64,000 nt of DNA. Source: Squalus acanthias. Taxonomy: Eukaryota. Positions 24,255-35,799 of this stretch are shown in pieces. The stretch lies in the NCBI GenBank assembly GCA_030390025.1, contig CM059431.1, forward strand, positions 105,092,001 through 105,156,000. Direction: 5' to 3'. The notes below the pieces were generated by a model. The model was not told where the DNA came from, searched no databases, and saw nothing but the letters and a program-made list of their open reading frames with translations. Every line of letters starts with the position of its first letter. Within the stretch, counting starts at the first letter, position 1. Made by a program: the position numbers and the translations under genes.

Positions 24255-24653
24255 TTTATTCTGGAAATGCTCTGAGGACTTCACCTAAAAAGAGTAAGTG
24301 CTGTGCTGCTCTACCTTATTGGACACCTTATCGGAGTCGCCAGGAGAAAGGGATTCCTTTGTCATGGGCATCTTGCTAGGGATCTCCCTTGATCTGCAGG
24401 AGGAATGGGAGGAGGGCATGAGGCCAAGGCAGAGCAGTACCAGCTGCTGCAGGAGAGAGGGACAGGAGGGCGAGGAGGGCGAGGTGGGCTCCTTCCCCCC
24501 TGCGGGTACAGGACATCCCTCGTCCTCTGGACCTCCTCCACCAGGATCTCCAGTGCCACATCTAAGAACCTGTTCGCCCTCCTCCTCGGTCCCCGAGCCA
24601 CCCTGAAACGTGCCGCTGTGTGTCAGCCAGTACACTCCATGCCTTCAGTTATA

Positions 24654-25030
24654 GGGTATGGTAGCATAGTGGTTATGTTGCTGGACTCGTAATCCAGAAG
24701 CGTGAGTTCAAATCCCACCATAGCAGCTGGGGAATTTAAATTTAGTTAATTATATAAATCTGGAATAAAAAGCTAGTATCAGTAATGTGTGACCATGAAA
24801 CTATCGGATTGTTGTAATAACCCATCTGGCTCACTAATGTCCTACAGGGAAGAAAATCTGCTGTCCTTACATGGTGTGACCTATATCTGACTCCAGACCC
24901 ACAGCAATGTTGTTGACTCTTAACTGCCCTCTGAAATGTCAGCTCACCACCACCTTCTCGAGGGCAATTAGGGATGGGCAATAAATGCTGGTCTTGCCAA
25001 CGACGCCCACATCCCAGGAACAAATTTTAA
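24654..25030 (+). mobile_element. tRNA-derived SINE sharing its 3' tail with the second LINE family
   Basis: A box tggtagcatagtggtt, B box gagttcaaatccc. Tail gggcaattagggatgggcaataaatgc...cccacatccc is the same as the LINE tails at ~18930, ~48520 and ~57145. Second copy at 46165-46565. Confidence 0.8.
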
Positions 25031-25273
25031 AAAGTGGGTGCAATATTAAAGTCGCCTCTACCTTGGGGAGACCAAACAAAGTGATCGCTTTGTGGAACAC
25101 CTCCGTTCAGTCCGCAAGCGTGACCTCGAGCTTCCGGTCGCTTGTCAATTTAATTCTCCGCCTCATTCCCACTCTGACCTCTGTCCTCGGCCTCCTACAC
25201 TGTTCCAATGAAGCTCAACGTAAGCTCAAGGAACACCACATCCTTCAATTAAGCACTTTCCAGACTCAACATT

Positions 25274-28200
25274 GGCCAGTAATTTCCGATAGGAGGCTTC
25301 CTGCGTGTGGATGCCTCCTATCGGGAAAAAAATCTACGGACTTACCTGAGGGCTCTCGAGGTCCGGCCATTTCCGCTCCTGGGCCTCTCCACAGTCGAAA
25401 TGTGCAGGGCCCACGTATCCAGGGGCGCATGTGGTTCGCAAGCGTCCCTGGGATCACGTGGGCCAGGCAAGCCAATGGGAGAATGGAATCTCCCTTCATA
25501 CTTTTGACAGATAGACCTGTCAAAAGTATGAATGGGGATCACTAAAAAAAGACATCAAAACATTAAGTAAATTTTAAAAAATCCATCATGTTTTTAAAAT
25601 GAGTTAAAATTACATTAAATTAAATACTTTAAACAAAAATTTAATTTTTTGAAAAAAATAATTAAAGTTTTTTACGGGGCTAAAAATAAACTTACCTTTT
25701 TTAAAAGTATTTTTAAATTATAAATGAGTGAAAGTTTTTAAATTTTTTTTTCACTTTTTCCAACTCTTATGCCAGGCGTAAGATTTCTAAGGGTTTTCTG
25801 CGGGCGGAGGTTCTGCAGAAAGCGGAACTCTCCCCCCCCACCACCCCCGCCCCCCGCAGAGGCCCTTCTCCAGGGCAGGCGTCCGATCTGTCAAGAGCAT
25901 TCTTGACAGATCAGAAATGCCGGTTTTCAGCGCAAGCGCTTCGCATGCTTGAAACCGGCATTTCCGATGTCCCTACGGGTGCGTACACAGCCCGTACACA
26001 CCCGTAGGCATCGGAATATCCGGGCCATTGTTTTGCTGATGCTTCTGTGATGCAAAGATGCCATTCTGCCCCCTCCGTAGAAGCCAAGTGCTTTACATGA
26101 CAAAACCAATATAATTTTCCATAGTAATATACATAAGAACATAAGAACATAAGAAATAGGAGCAGGAGTAGGCCAATCGGCCCCTCGAGCCTGCTCCGCC
26201 ATTCAATAAGATCATGGCTGATCTGATCCTAACCTCAAATCTAAAGAACACAAGAAGTAGGAGCAGGACCCAGCCACTCAGCCCCTGGGCCCGCTCCGCC
26301 ACCCACAGGGCCTTGACCGATCCAAACTCAGCCTCATGTCCAATTTCCTGCCCGCTCCCCGTAACCCCTAATACCCTTTACTTCAAGGAAACTGTCTATT
26401 TCTGTTTTAAATGTATTTAATGATGTAGCTTCCACAGCTTCCTGGGGCAGCAAATTCCACAGACCCACCACCCTCTGAGTGAAGAAGTTTCTCCTCATCT
26501 CAGTTTTGAAAGAGCAGCCCCTTATTCTAAGATTATGCCCCCTAGTTCTAGTTTCACCCATCCTTGGGAACATCCTTACCGCATCCACCCGATCAAGCCC
26601 CTTCACAATCTTATATGTTTCAATAAGATCACCTCTCATTCTTCTGCACTCCAATGAGTAGAGTCCCAATCTACTCAACCTCTCCTGATATGTCCACCCC
26701 CTCATCCCCTGTCCACCCCCTCATCCCCTGTAGGAACAGGAGGAGGCCATTTTGCCCCTCGAGCCTGTTCCGCCATTCAGTTAGATCATGACTGATCTGC
26801 ATCTTAACTCCATCTACAGTAAACTCTCGTTTAATTATCTGGAATTCTCTGATAACCGGCAAAATTCAGGAGTAGGTTCAGGAACCCAAAGGTAAGTTTT
26901 ACTGTATATTTGTGGCTGTGTAACCGGGGTTCTCGTACCTTTTGCCGTGTAACCATGGCTCCTGCACCTCTGGTTGTGTAACTGGGTCCCCTGTACCTGT
27001 GGCCGTGTAACCGGGTCCCCTGTACCTGTGGCCGTGTAACCGGGTCCCCTGTACCTGTGGCCGTGTAACCGGGTCCCCTGTACCTGTGGCCGTGTAACCG
27101 GGTCCCCTGTACCTGTGGCCGTGTAACCAGGTCCCCTGTACCTGTGGCCGTGTAACCGGGTTCCCTGTACCTGTGGCCGTGTAATCGGGACTCCTGTACC
27201 TGTGGCCATGTAACCGGGACTCCTGTACCTGTGGCTGTGTAACCGGGACTCCTGTACCTGTGGCTGTGTAACCAGGTCCCCTGTACCTGTGGCTGTGTAA
27301 CCGGGACTCCTGCACCTGTGGCTGTGTAACCAGGTCCCCTGTACCTGTGGCTGTGTAACCGGGACTCCTGCACCTGTGGCCATGTAACTGGGACTCCTGT
27401 ACCTGTGGCCGTGTAATCGGGACTCCTGTACCTGTGGCCATGTAACCGGGACTCCTGTACCTGTGGCTGTGTAACCAGGTCCCCTGTACCTGTGGCTGTG
27501 TAACCGGGACTCCTGCACCTGTGGCCATGTAACTGGGACTCCTGTACCTGTGGCCGTGTAACCGGGACTCCTGTACCTGTGGCCGTGTAACCGGGACTCC
27601 TAGACCTGTGGCCGTGTAACCGGGTCCCCTGTACCTGTGGCCGTGTAACCGGGTCCCCTGTGCCTGTGGCCGTGTAACCGGGACTCCTGTACCTGTGGCC
27701 GTGTAACCGGGACTCCTGCACCTGTGGCCATGTAACCGGGACTCTTGCACCTGTGGCCGTGTAACCGGGGCTCCTGTACCTGTGGCCGTGTAATCGGGAC
27801 TCTTGCACCTGTGGCCGTGTAACCGGGTCCCCTGTACCTGTGGCCGTGTAATCGGGACTCTTGCACCTGTGGCCGTGTAACCGGGTCCCCTGTACCTGTG
27901 GCCGTGTAATCGGGACTCCTGTACCTGTGGCCATGTAACCGGGACTCCTGTACCTGTGGCTGTGTAACCGGGACTCCTGTACCTGTGGCCATGTAACCGG
28001 GACTCCTGCACCTGTGGCTGTGTAACCGGGACTCCTGCACCTGTGGCCATGTAACTGGGACTCCTGTACCTGTGGCCGTGTAACCGGGACTCCTGTACCT
28101 GTGGCTGTGTAACCGGGACTCCTAGACCTGTGGCCGTGTAACCAGGTCCCCTGTACCTGTGGCTGTGTAACCGGGACTCCTGCACCAGTGGCCATGTAAC

Positions 28201-29013
28201 TGGGACTCCTGTACCTGTGGCCGTGTAACCGGGACTCCTGTACCTGTGGCCGTGTAACCGGGACTCCTAGACCTGTGGCCGTGTAACCGGGTCCCCTGTA
28301 CCTGTGGCCGTGTAACCGGGTCCCCTGTGCCTGTGGCCGTGTAACCGGGACTCCTGTACCTGTGGCCGTGTAACCGGGACTCCTGCACCTGTGGCCATGT
28401 AACCGGGACTCCTGTACCTGTGGCCATGTAACCGGGACTCCTGTACCTGTGGCTGTGTAACCAGGTCCCCTGTACCTGTGGCTGTGTAACCGGGACTCCT
28501 GCACCTGTGGCCATGTAACCGGGACTCCTGTACCTGTGGCTGTGTAACCGGGACTCCTAGACCTGTGGCCGTGTAACCGGGACTCCTGTACCTGTGGCCG
28601 TGTAACCGGGGCTCCTGTACCTGTGGCCGTGTAACCGGGGCTCCTGTACCTGTGGCCGTGTAACCGGGACTCCTGTACCTGTGGCCGTGTAATAATTAAA
28701 GTTTTTTACGGGGCTAAAAATAAACTTACCTTTTTTAAAAGTATTTTTAAATTATAAATGAGTGAAAGTTTTTTGTTTTTTTTACATTTTTACACTCTAT
28801 GCTGGTAAAAGCAGGCCTTGCAGAAAGCGGAACTCTCCACCCACAGAGGCCCTTCTCCCGGGCAGGCGTCCGACCTGTCAAGAGGATTCTTGACAGATCG
28901 GAAATGCCGGTTTTCAGCGCATGCGCTTCGCATGCCTGAAACTGGCATTTCTGATGTCCCTACGGGTGTGTTCACAGCTCGTACCCACCCGTAGGCATCA
29001 GAATATATGGGCC
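25274..29013. mobile_element. Harbinger-type MITE M2 copy B, enlarged by an internal ~2.95-kb duplicated segment
   Basis: Outer TIRs ggccagtaatttccgat / atcagaatatatgggcc with TSD ATT. Internal ~25740-28690 copies ~20017-21700. Confidence 0.85.
26911..28690. repeat. 29-bp minisatellite, ~61 units
   Basis: Same unit as 21188-21798. Preceded by the left Tigger-like TIR at 26817; the right TIR is absent. Confidence 0.97.
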
Positions 29014-30169
29014 ATTGAGTTTAACAATTTCAGATCGTAAACACTGCTCCCATTTTTTCGGACAACAGTTGCTGGTAATTATTTTGCTTTTTGTCATTTC
29101 CCATTCCTCTAGACCCATCTTTTTGTTTCTTTTATTGTCCTATTATCATCCCCTTTTGACATGTAATCACTCCTGCCTTCCACCCTACCACAGTCCTTTC
29201 CTTTTGTTCTTTCCTCCCCTCCCTCTTTTCCCTCCCTCTGTACTTGCTTAAAACCTGTCACATCTCTCGCTTTTAGCAGTTCTGATAAAAGGTTGTCCAC
29301 CTGAAACGTTAACGGTGTTTCTCTCTCCACACCGCCGGACCTGCTGAGTATTCCCAGCATCTTCTGTTTTTATTTCCAATTTCCAGCATCGGAGTATTTT
29401 GCTTTTGATATTAAAGTTAACCTCTTCTGTCCCCATTATAACAGCTTCTCACTGAGAAGTGCTGCAGCCTTGCATTAGTCAAAGGCTCGGATCCCGCATG
29501 TTCTGCGAATTATTTACTGTTGGCAAGTTCCTTTCATGCTTCATTCTGATTTCTGAATACTCAAAAGTGCCATTTCAAAGTGTTTTGCTGAATTCTAAAA
29601 ATCAAAAGCCTTATATAAGTATCATGATGTATGATTATTTCAGTAAAACGCAAGGCAGCAGTGGAACATCAAGGCAACCTGCTGACGCTAAATTCTGCTT
29701 AAAGGGGCTGTCATTTAAAAACCTTTTGCTCAACCTTACAAAGAGCATTAGCGCTTACTACCCCTCTGCTGTGTTAAGTACTATTCAGGGCTTTAGGATT
29801 GCTTTTAATGGACATGAGGCACAGCATGCCCTGCTCACTGTTGAGTCCTCACTGTTCAATCACTCATGTGTAATGATTGCTCTATGATGATTGTTAAGGG
29901 GTCAATATTTCCCAGGCCTACACTGTAGAAATGCACGTAACCAATGCCCCAAACCATACAGATGTTCAAACAGTTTGCCTGCTGCTGCCATTATCTGAAA
30001 TTACTTTAGCGCTACTTACCATCAATACGAAAGCGCAGCACCCAGTATTGTGCAGCAGAAAGACATTTTATTAGCACAGCAGAAACAATTGAGTTAAAAT
30101 GTAAGTAGTATGCTCTGCTGTGCAAATACGTGTGACTCTCGCCATAAAGTCCCAACCAAAAGACAATTA

Positions 30170-30570
30170 AGAAAGAAAGACTTGCATTTATATTGCACCT
30201 TTCATGACCACCGGACGTCCCAAAGGGCTTTACAGCCAATGAAGTACTTTTTGAAGTGCAGTCACTGTTGTAATGTAGGAAACGCGGCAGCCAATGTATG
30301 CACAGCAAGCTCCCACAAACAGCAATGCGATAATGACCAGATAATCTGTTTTAGTGATGTTGGTTGAGGGATAAATATTGGCCCAGGACATCAGGGAGAA
30401 CTTCCCTGCTCTATTTTAAATAGTGCCATGGGATCCTTTACGTCCACCTGAGAGAGCAGACGGGGCCTCGGTTTAACGTCTCATCTGAAAGACGGCACCT
30501 CCGACAGTGCAGCACTCCCTCAGCACTGTACTGGAGTGTCAGCCTAGATTTTGTGTTTCTAGAGTGAGAC

Positions 30571-30603
<33 letters not shown>

Positions 30604-30627
30604 ACGCTACCAACTGAGCCACTAACT
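30170..30627 (-). mobile_element. Deu-domain SINE (SacSINE1-like)
   Basis: Homologous to the other copies. Confidence 0.87.
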
Positions 30628-31199
30628 GCACTAATTAAGAAGAATCCCAATCAATTGCAATATTTAATAACCCTGACTTGATATTTATTTACCAATCTTC
30701 ACTACCAAAGTGTTAACAATTTGTAGCTAGGCTGCTGGGTGGAGCAATTCCCAACAGTAGAACTCTCCATCTTAGAGGAAGTGGAGGCTGGCTGGATTAG
30801 ATCTGTTCTACAAGAGTATGTTGATCAATCACAGGTCACCTTAGACAATGTTAGGGGAAAAATCTACAACTCAGGCCCATCCTCACCCCAGCGCCCAACA
30901 CAAGAAGGAAGAGTGCCAATAAACATCTGCAGCAAAGAACCACATGAACAGGACTAGGGATGATATTCCAGGGCCGAATACCCGCAATCCAACTCCGTCG
31001 CTGAAACTATGGCTGAGCAGGAATTGTTGCCTGCTGTTAAGGTGGGATCCTGAGCCCCACAATTGTTTCCAAAGGCTATCTGCATAAAACAGGTGGATGC
31101 ATACACCAGTTACCAGTGCACGTTGAGCATCTGCCAGGGGAGCAAGGTGAAAAATACAGCACACGCCAGCCATGTGTGGGCAAAGTCAATGATGAATTA

Positions 31200-31495
31200 C
31201 ATAGAATGTACTGCAAAGAAACAGGCCATTCGACCCAACTGGTCTATGCCATTGTTCATGCTCCTACAAGCCTCTTCCCACCCCTCTTCATCTAACTCTA
31301 CCAGCATAACCTTATATTCCTTTCTCCCCCATGTGTTTAACTAGCTGCCCCTTAAATGCATATATGCTAGTCGCCTCGTGGTTGCGAGTTTCACATTCTA
31401 ATCACATTCTGGATAAAGAAATCTCTCCTGAATTCCCTATTGGATTTATTAGTGATTACCTTATATTAATGGCCCCTAGTTTTGGTCCCCCCATG
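31200..31495 (-). mobile_element. CR1 LINE 3' fragment
   Basis: Homologous to 55055-55480 and 57360-57665. Confidence 0.75.
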
Positions 31496-31961
31496 AAATA
31501 TGAAATCAGCCCCCTTCAAAAAAGACCGATTTCCCTCAGCAACCTTCTGGAATGTTCCATGCCTTGATTGTGGCCTGGAACACTCTGGCGAACACCACGT
31601 AACTGGTACACCAGCATCTAGTTTGTTCAGAGCAGAGGAGGCAAGAGCAGCGGAATGATCTAGCAGATGACATTGTCCTATTGACCCCGCCTCCTTATCA
31701 TACACCAGGGTTCCAAGGAGTGGATGGAACTTATCACAGCCCTGCCCTCAAAGAAAATGGCCATGGCCTGTACTTTGGGAAGGAGAGATAGCTTTACCCG
31801 GTCCCGGACCATTTCTCACCACTCCTGTTGGGATTACGCTGCAGATACATCGCAGGCCCTGAAAAAATTTGGGGTCATTTATCTCTGAAACTGAAAGGAA
31901 AAAATGTGTATAGAGAATTAAGGGGTGATTTAATTGAAGTGTTTAAGATGATTAAAGGATT

Positions 31962-33593
31962 TGTAGAATTCGCAATATATCGCGATTTTATTTTAATAAG
32001 GAGAAAACACAGAGTTTCGTTCAAACAGCTTTTATTTCAGCAGAATGCTGCCAGGTTTAAAGTGGACACAAGCAGCCGGTAAAATGGCCGCCGCACCTCG
32101 TGACAGAACATTCTAGACTTTTCAACAGGCAGACAAGATGGCGTTCCAATAAACATTTGTGCAAGATCGATTAAGATTCAGCACAGTGAAGATAATACAC
32201 GAGACATTATGGGTTTGCAGTATACACATAAATACTGAAATCGGTCTCCCAGGTACGAATGAAAGCTATTGTACTGAGTAATCAAGGGCCCATCCAAAAG
32301 ACATTAATATGTAAAATCCCAACGACTCTACGATGAGAGAGCCGTTAACAGGTAGTTATACAAAACACTTGGAAGCCCCACAACCCCTCCAGGGAGAACA
32401 CCGACCGATTTAACAATGGGAGAAATATTAACAGGTACTCAGACATTTACGAGTAGCCCCGAAACCCATTAAGAACGGAGATCACCCATACAAGACATTT
32501 GAGCGCCAGACCCGAACAAAAGAATGGACATTAAGGTTGGGCGGGAAACGGAAGATTTTGCACTATAATTGCAGGCTCCAAACCGTCCATCTCTCTCTTA
32601 TTTCGCTTATCCTCGTGGCTGCTCCTGTGTACTCGTAGTCGGGCTCCTGCTTGCCTGTTGCCTCTTTGAAAAGGACTGTTGAACTTTCTGATCCGTTCGG
32701 ATCTACCTCGTGTCGCGTAACGAAGACCTATGTTGGTAACTGGCAGCGGAACCAAAGGCCCGAGATGAGATGAGATGAGATGAGATGAGATGAGAAGAGA
32801 GGAAGACCATATTCATCGCCACGGTCAGTAAATCCCGACCGCGCCTGTAGGTCGAATAGCCAAGTTTTCCTTGCCAGGGAGACTTCTTCGAACTTGCAAG
32901 AACAATATCATCATCGATGATATTGACTAATCTGTGAACTGTGCTCGAAAGTACCTGTTAAACCAACCAACACAGGTCTTCATCACAGCAGACGGTCCAG
33001 CCTGCTAGCCGGAGCAGCAGAAGCAAGTAAACAAGTGGGACCAGGAGATCTCCTGACCGACACGTGGGTGCTGCGGTGAAAAACATCCGATCAGCTATTC
33101 GGAATTTCTCCGAGTTATCACGAGTGGTGAGCATGAGTCTCGAAATCCTACGAATCTAGTTAGGATAAATATTGATAGGGGAGGGTTTAAGTATTAAGGA
33201 TACCTGTAATGTGTGCCCCTATTTACGGTGTGTCGTTCGTTCCTCGTTTCCCTAGGATCAGCTATATAACTGCTTGTAAGATTGTACTGTCATTAATCTG
33301 TGCTTATGACATGTATTTCATAATTTTAAATATCATGCAATAAAGATTTTCCATTTCGTACCATTCAACCGAGTCTACATGAGTTTCATCTCCATTACTG
33401 CTCTCGCATCTAAGTCCAGTGTCTAGAACCGTAAGGGCGAGTGATTCGAACCACTCACAGGTGTGTCTAGTGTTCCCAGACTGGCTGGAGACCAGAACAG
33501 GCAACAAGGCCTAGACCCGCACTGACATACAGGCTGCACAGAGCCGCGTGAATCTCACAGGCTGCGAGACACGCAGGGTCAGAATCCCTTACA
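31962..33593 (+). mobile_element. 1632-bp solo LTR (ERV or Gypsy; superfamily unresolved)
   Basis: TGTA...TACA termini and perfect 4-bp TSD GATT (31958-61 / 33594-97). GC box 32539, TATAA 32564, TATATAA 33263, AATAAA 33339. CpG-rich, no long ORF. Orientation inferred. Confidence 0.8.
32762..32795. repeat. (GAGAT)n microsatellite inside the solo LTR
   Basis: Directly visible. Confidence 0.9.
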
Positions 33594-33702
33594 GATTTGA
33601 TAGGGTAGATAGAGAAAAACTATTTTCTCTGGTGGGGGGAGGGGAGTCCAGAATAATGGGGCATAACTTTAAAATTAGAGCTCGGCCTTTCAGGGATGAT
33701 GT

Positions 33703-33916
33703 GGAGATGCCGGTGTTGGACTGGGGTGGACAAAAGTGAGAAGTCGCACAACACCAGGTTATAGTCCAACAGTTTTATTTGAAATCACAAGCTTTCGGAG
33801 CGCTGCTCCTTTGTCAGGTGAACCTGACTTCACCTGACGAAGGAGCAGCGCTCCGAAAGCTTATGATTTCAAATAAAGCTGTTGGACTATAACCTGGTGT
33901 TGTGCGACTTCTCACA
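33703..33916. mobile_element. Fold-back Penelope-like mini-insertion with hammerhead motifs
   Basis: Perfect 15-bp TSD tttcagggatgatgt (33688-33702 / 33917-33931). Inverted arms. Plus-strand core CTGACGA...GAAA at 33834-33858. Confidence 0.88.
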
Positions 33917-34904
33917 TTTCAGGGATGATGTCAGACAGCACTTCTTCCCACGAAGGGTAGTGGAAATCTGGAACTCTCCCCCCAAAAAGCTGTTGAGGCT
34001 GGGGGTCAACTGACTATTTCAAAACTGAGATTGATAGATTTTTGTTGGGCAAGGGTATTAAGGGTAACGGAACCAAGGCGGATAGATGGAGTTAAGATAC
34101 AGATCAGCCATGATCTAATTGAATGGCAGAACAGGCTCAAGGGGATGAATGTCCTCCTCCTGTTCCAATATTCCTAAATTACTTCAAACTCGGGGCCACA
34201 TACAGGGCTAGAAATGTACATGTTCATCAGCAAAGAGTGCATTTTGTGAGGGGTACAATGGGGGAAGGGAAACACTGCTAAATAGAATAGATTTAAATAT
34301 ATAGCATCTGCAGTATTTTGCTGTTGTTTAAATATGAAGCATTTGATTAGACAGAATTTGTAGATGGCATCCCTGAGGAATTTCATCATTCTAAACCGCA
34401 TGCTTCCCAGCATTAAAGCTGATTTCTGATAATGCAGAATAAAGGGAAGGATTTTAGACAGAAGCAAAAATAGGAAATGAAGCGGCAAAAACTCATTTAA
34501 ATCCAAATGATATCCATTCCTCCACCCATCAACTACACAGCCGATTGGCACTAGAGGAAATACGTCAAGCAAAATAAGCACATCATGGGGAGAAGAATAA
34601 AAAGTGTCGAAAAGTACACCTCCAGGAAAGGAGTTACATGGAAAACACAATAAAAAAAATGCAGGAAAGTAGATAAATAGAGAATCAAAACATGCAAAAT
34701 AAATTCAAATTTCCATTGTAAAAAAAAGTATATTTTTATTGTCAGTTGGGTGTGTGAGACACAAGAATCCAATTACTGTGCTTAAGAATCTCTAAGCCAA
34801 GCTGCTGAGAAACCTAACCAAGTAGAGTTTGTATTTACCCAATATGGAATGCATACACTCACCCCACGGGGACACACGCCACCTATCTAAGTCATGTAAG
34901 CTTA

Positions 34905-35395
34905 GATGCAAGTAAAATTTGACACCGAGTCACACAAGGAGATAATTAGGACAAGGTGTCCAAAAGCTTGGTCAAAGAGGTAGGTTCTAAGGAGTGTCTT
35001 AAAGGAGGAGTGAGAGGTAGAGAGGTGGAGAAGATCAGGGAGGGAATTGCAGAGCTTAGGACCTAGGCAGCTGAAAGCGCGGCCGCCAATGGTGGAGTGA
35101 TGAAAATCGGGGATGCACAACAGGCCAGAATTGGAGGAGCGCAGATATCGGGGGGTTGTGGGGCTGAAGGAATTTACAGAGATAGGGAGGGGCGAGGCCT
35201 TGGAAGGATTTGAAAACAAGGATGATAATTTTAAAATCGAGGCGGTGCCGGACCAGGAGCCAATGTAGGTCAGTGAGCACAGGGGTGATGAGTGAACAGG
35301 CATTGGTGCAAGTTAGGAGATGGGCAGCAGAGTTTTGGATGAGCTCAAGTTTACGGAGGGTGCAGGATTGGATATGAGCCAGGAGAGCATTGGAA
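34905..35395 (-). mobile_element. L2 LINE 3' fragment
   Basis: LRKLELIQNSAAHLLT...ITPVLTDLHWL; GGRAFSCLGPKL. Confidence 0.85.
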
Positions 35396-35413
35396 CATTT
35401 TTGTCGATACATG

Positions 35414-35790
35414 CTAGATATTGTCTACCACAAACCTCATATCCACGATCCTGAGGAGCTCTCCTGTTGATGTTGCTGACCCTTCCAAGTCTTGCGTCTT
35501 ACCTCCACACTGGCGGCTCAACTTTACTCCTTGTCTCACTTCAGCAAGCCACTGCCGTCTGATGGTGACCAAGGTTTCCCAAGAGCCAACGCCCAAGTTG
35601 CACTGCATCAAATGAACCTTCAATGTGCCTCTGTTGCATTTTTGTTGTCCATCCTTCTTTCTTATGCCATCCACCAGTTTTCCATAAAGCACCAAGTATG
35701 CACAGGTTTACTACTGGAGTTTAACAATCTAAAAATGTGCATCTTATCAGCACAGAGCACTGATAAGCTTCCCATTACTTGTCCAGCCAG
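35414..35790 (-). mobile_element. Decayed RTE-type LINE C-terminal fragment
   Basis: VLYGKLVDGIRKKDGQQKC..TLKVHL..C...SWETL...RRQW resembles the RTE/BovB ORF end. Confidence 0.65.
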
Positions 35791-35799
35791 GACCACTCC

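Larger units (their letters stand above)
23631..24640. mobile_element. Decayed Harbinger element remnant with Myb/SANT-like N-terminus on the minus strand
   Basis: TIR-like ggggcgattttctcc. Minus ORF 24362-24601 RRRANRFLDVALEILVEEVQRTRDVLYPQGG resembles the Myb-like protein at 8956. Confidence 0.6.
25064..29405 (+). mobile_element. Penelope-like element 3' portion (GIY-YIG C-terminus plus pLTR), split by the 25274-29013 insertion
   Basis: GETK..DRFVEHLRSVRKRDLELPVAC...LGLLHCSNEAQRKLKEHH. ctcaac|ATT|gagtttaacaatttcaga rejoins as LNIEFNNFR. Ends with the same terminal repeat as 160-336. Confidence 0.8.
31910..34175 (+). mobile_element. CR1 LINE 3' fragment hosting the solo LTR and a Penelope-like hairpin
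   Basis: LRGDLIEVFKMIKG|F-DRVDREKLFSLV rejoins across 31962-33593. Confidence 0.85.

Noticed and set aside
26831..28514. Long minus-strand ORFs (557, 428, 227 aa; also 21108-21815)
   Set aside because: They are artefacts of a 29-bp repeat with no minus-strand stops; the same peptide appears in all three frames.
21188..28690. CRISPR-like appearance of the 29-bp repeats
   Set aside because: Units are head-to-tail with no unique spacers, there are no cas genes, and the context is eukaryotic.
29459..29887. 142-aa ORF; likewise 14230-14643 and 34174-34650
   Set aside because: Non-ATG starts, a composition typical of random AT-rich DNA, and no domain similarity I can recognise.
15221..30125. Candidate host exons (acceptor-like sites at ~15221 and ~16924; minus-strand donor at ~30018)
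   Set aside because: No matched splice pair giving a recognisable peptide, so I cannot support a gene call.
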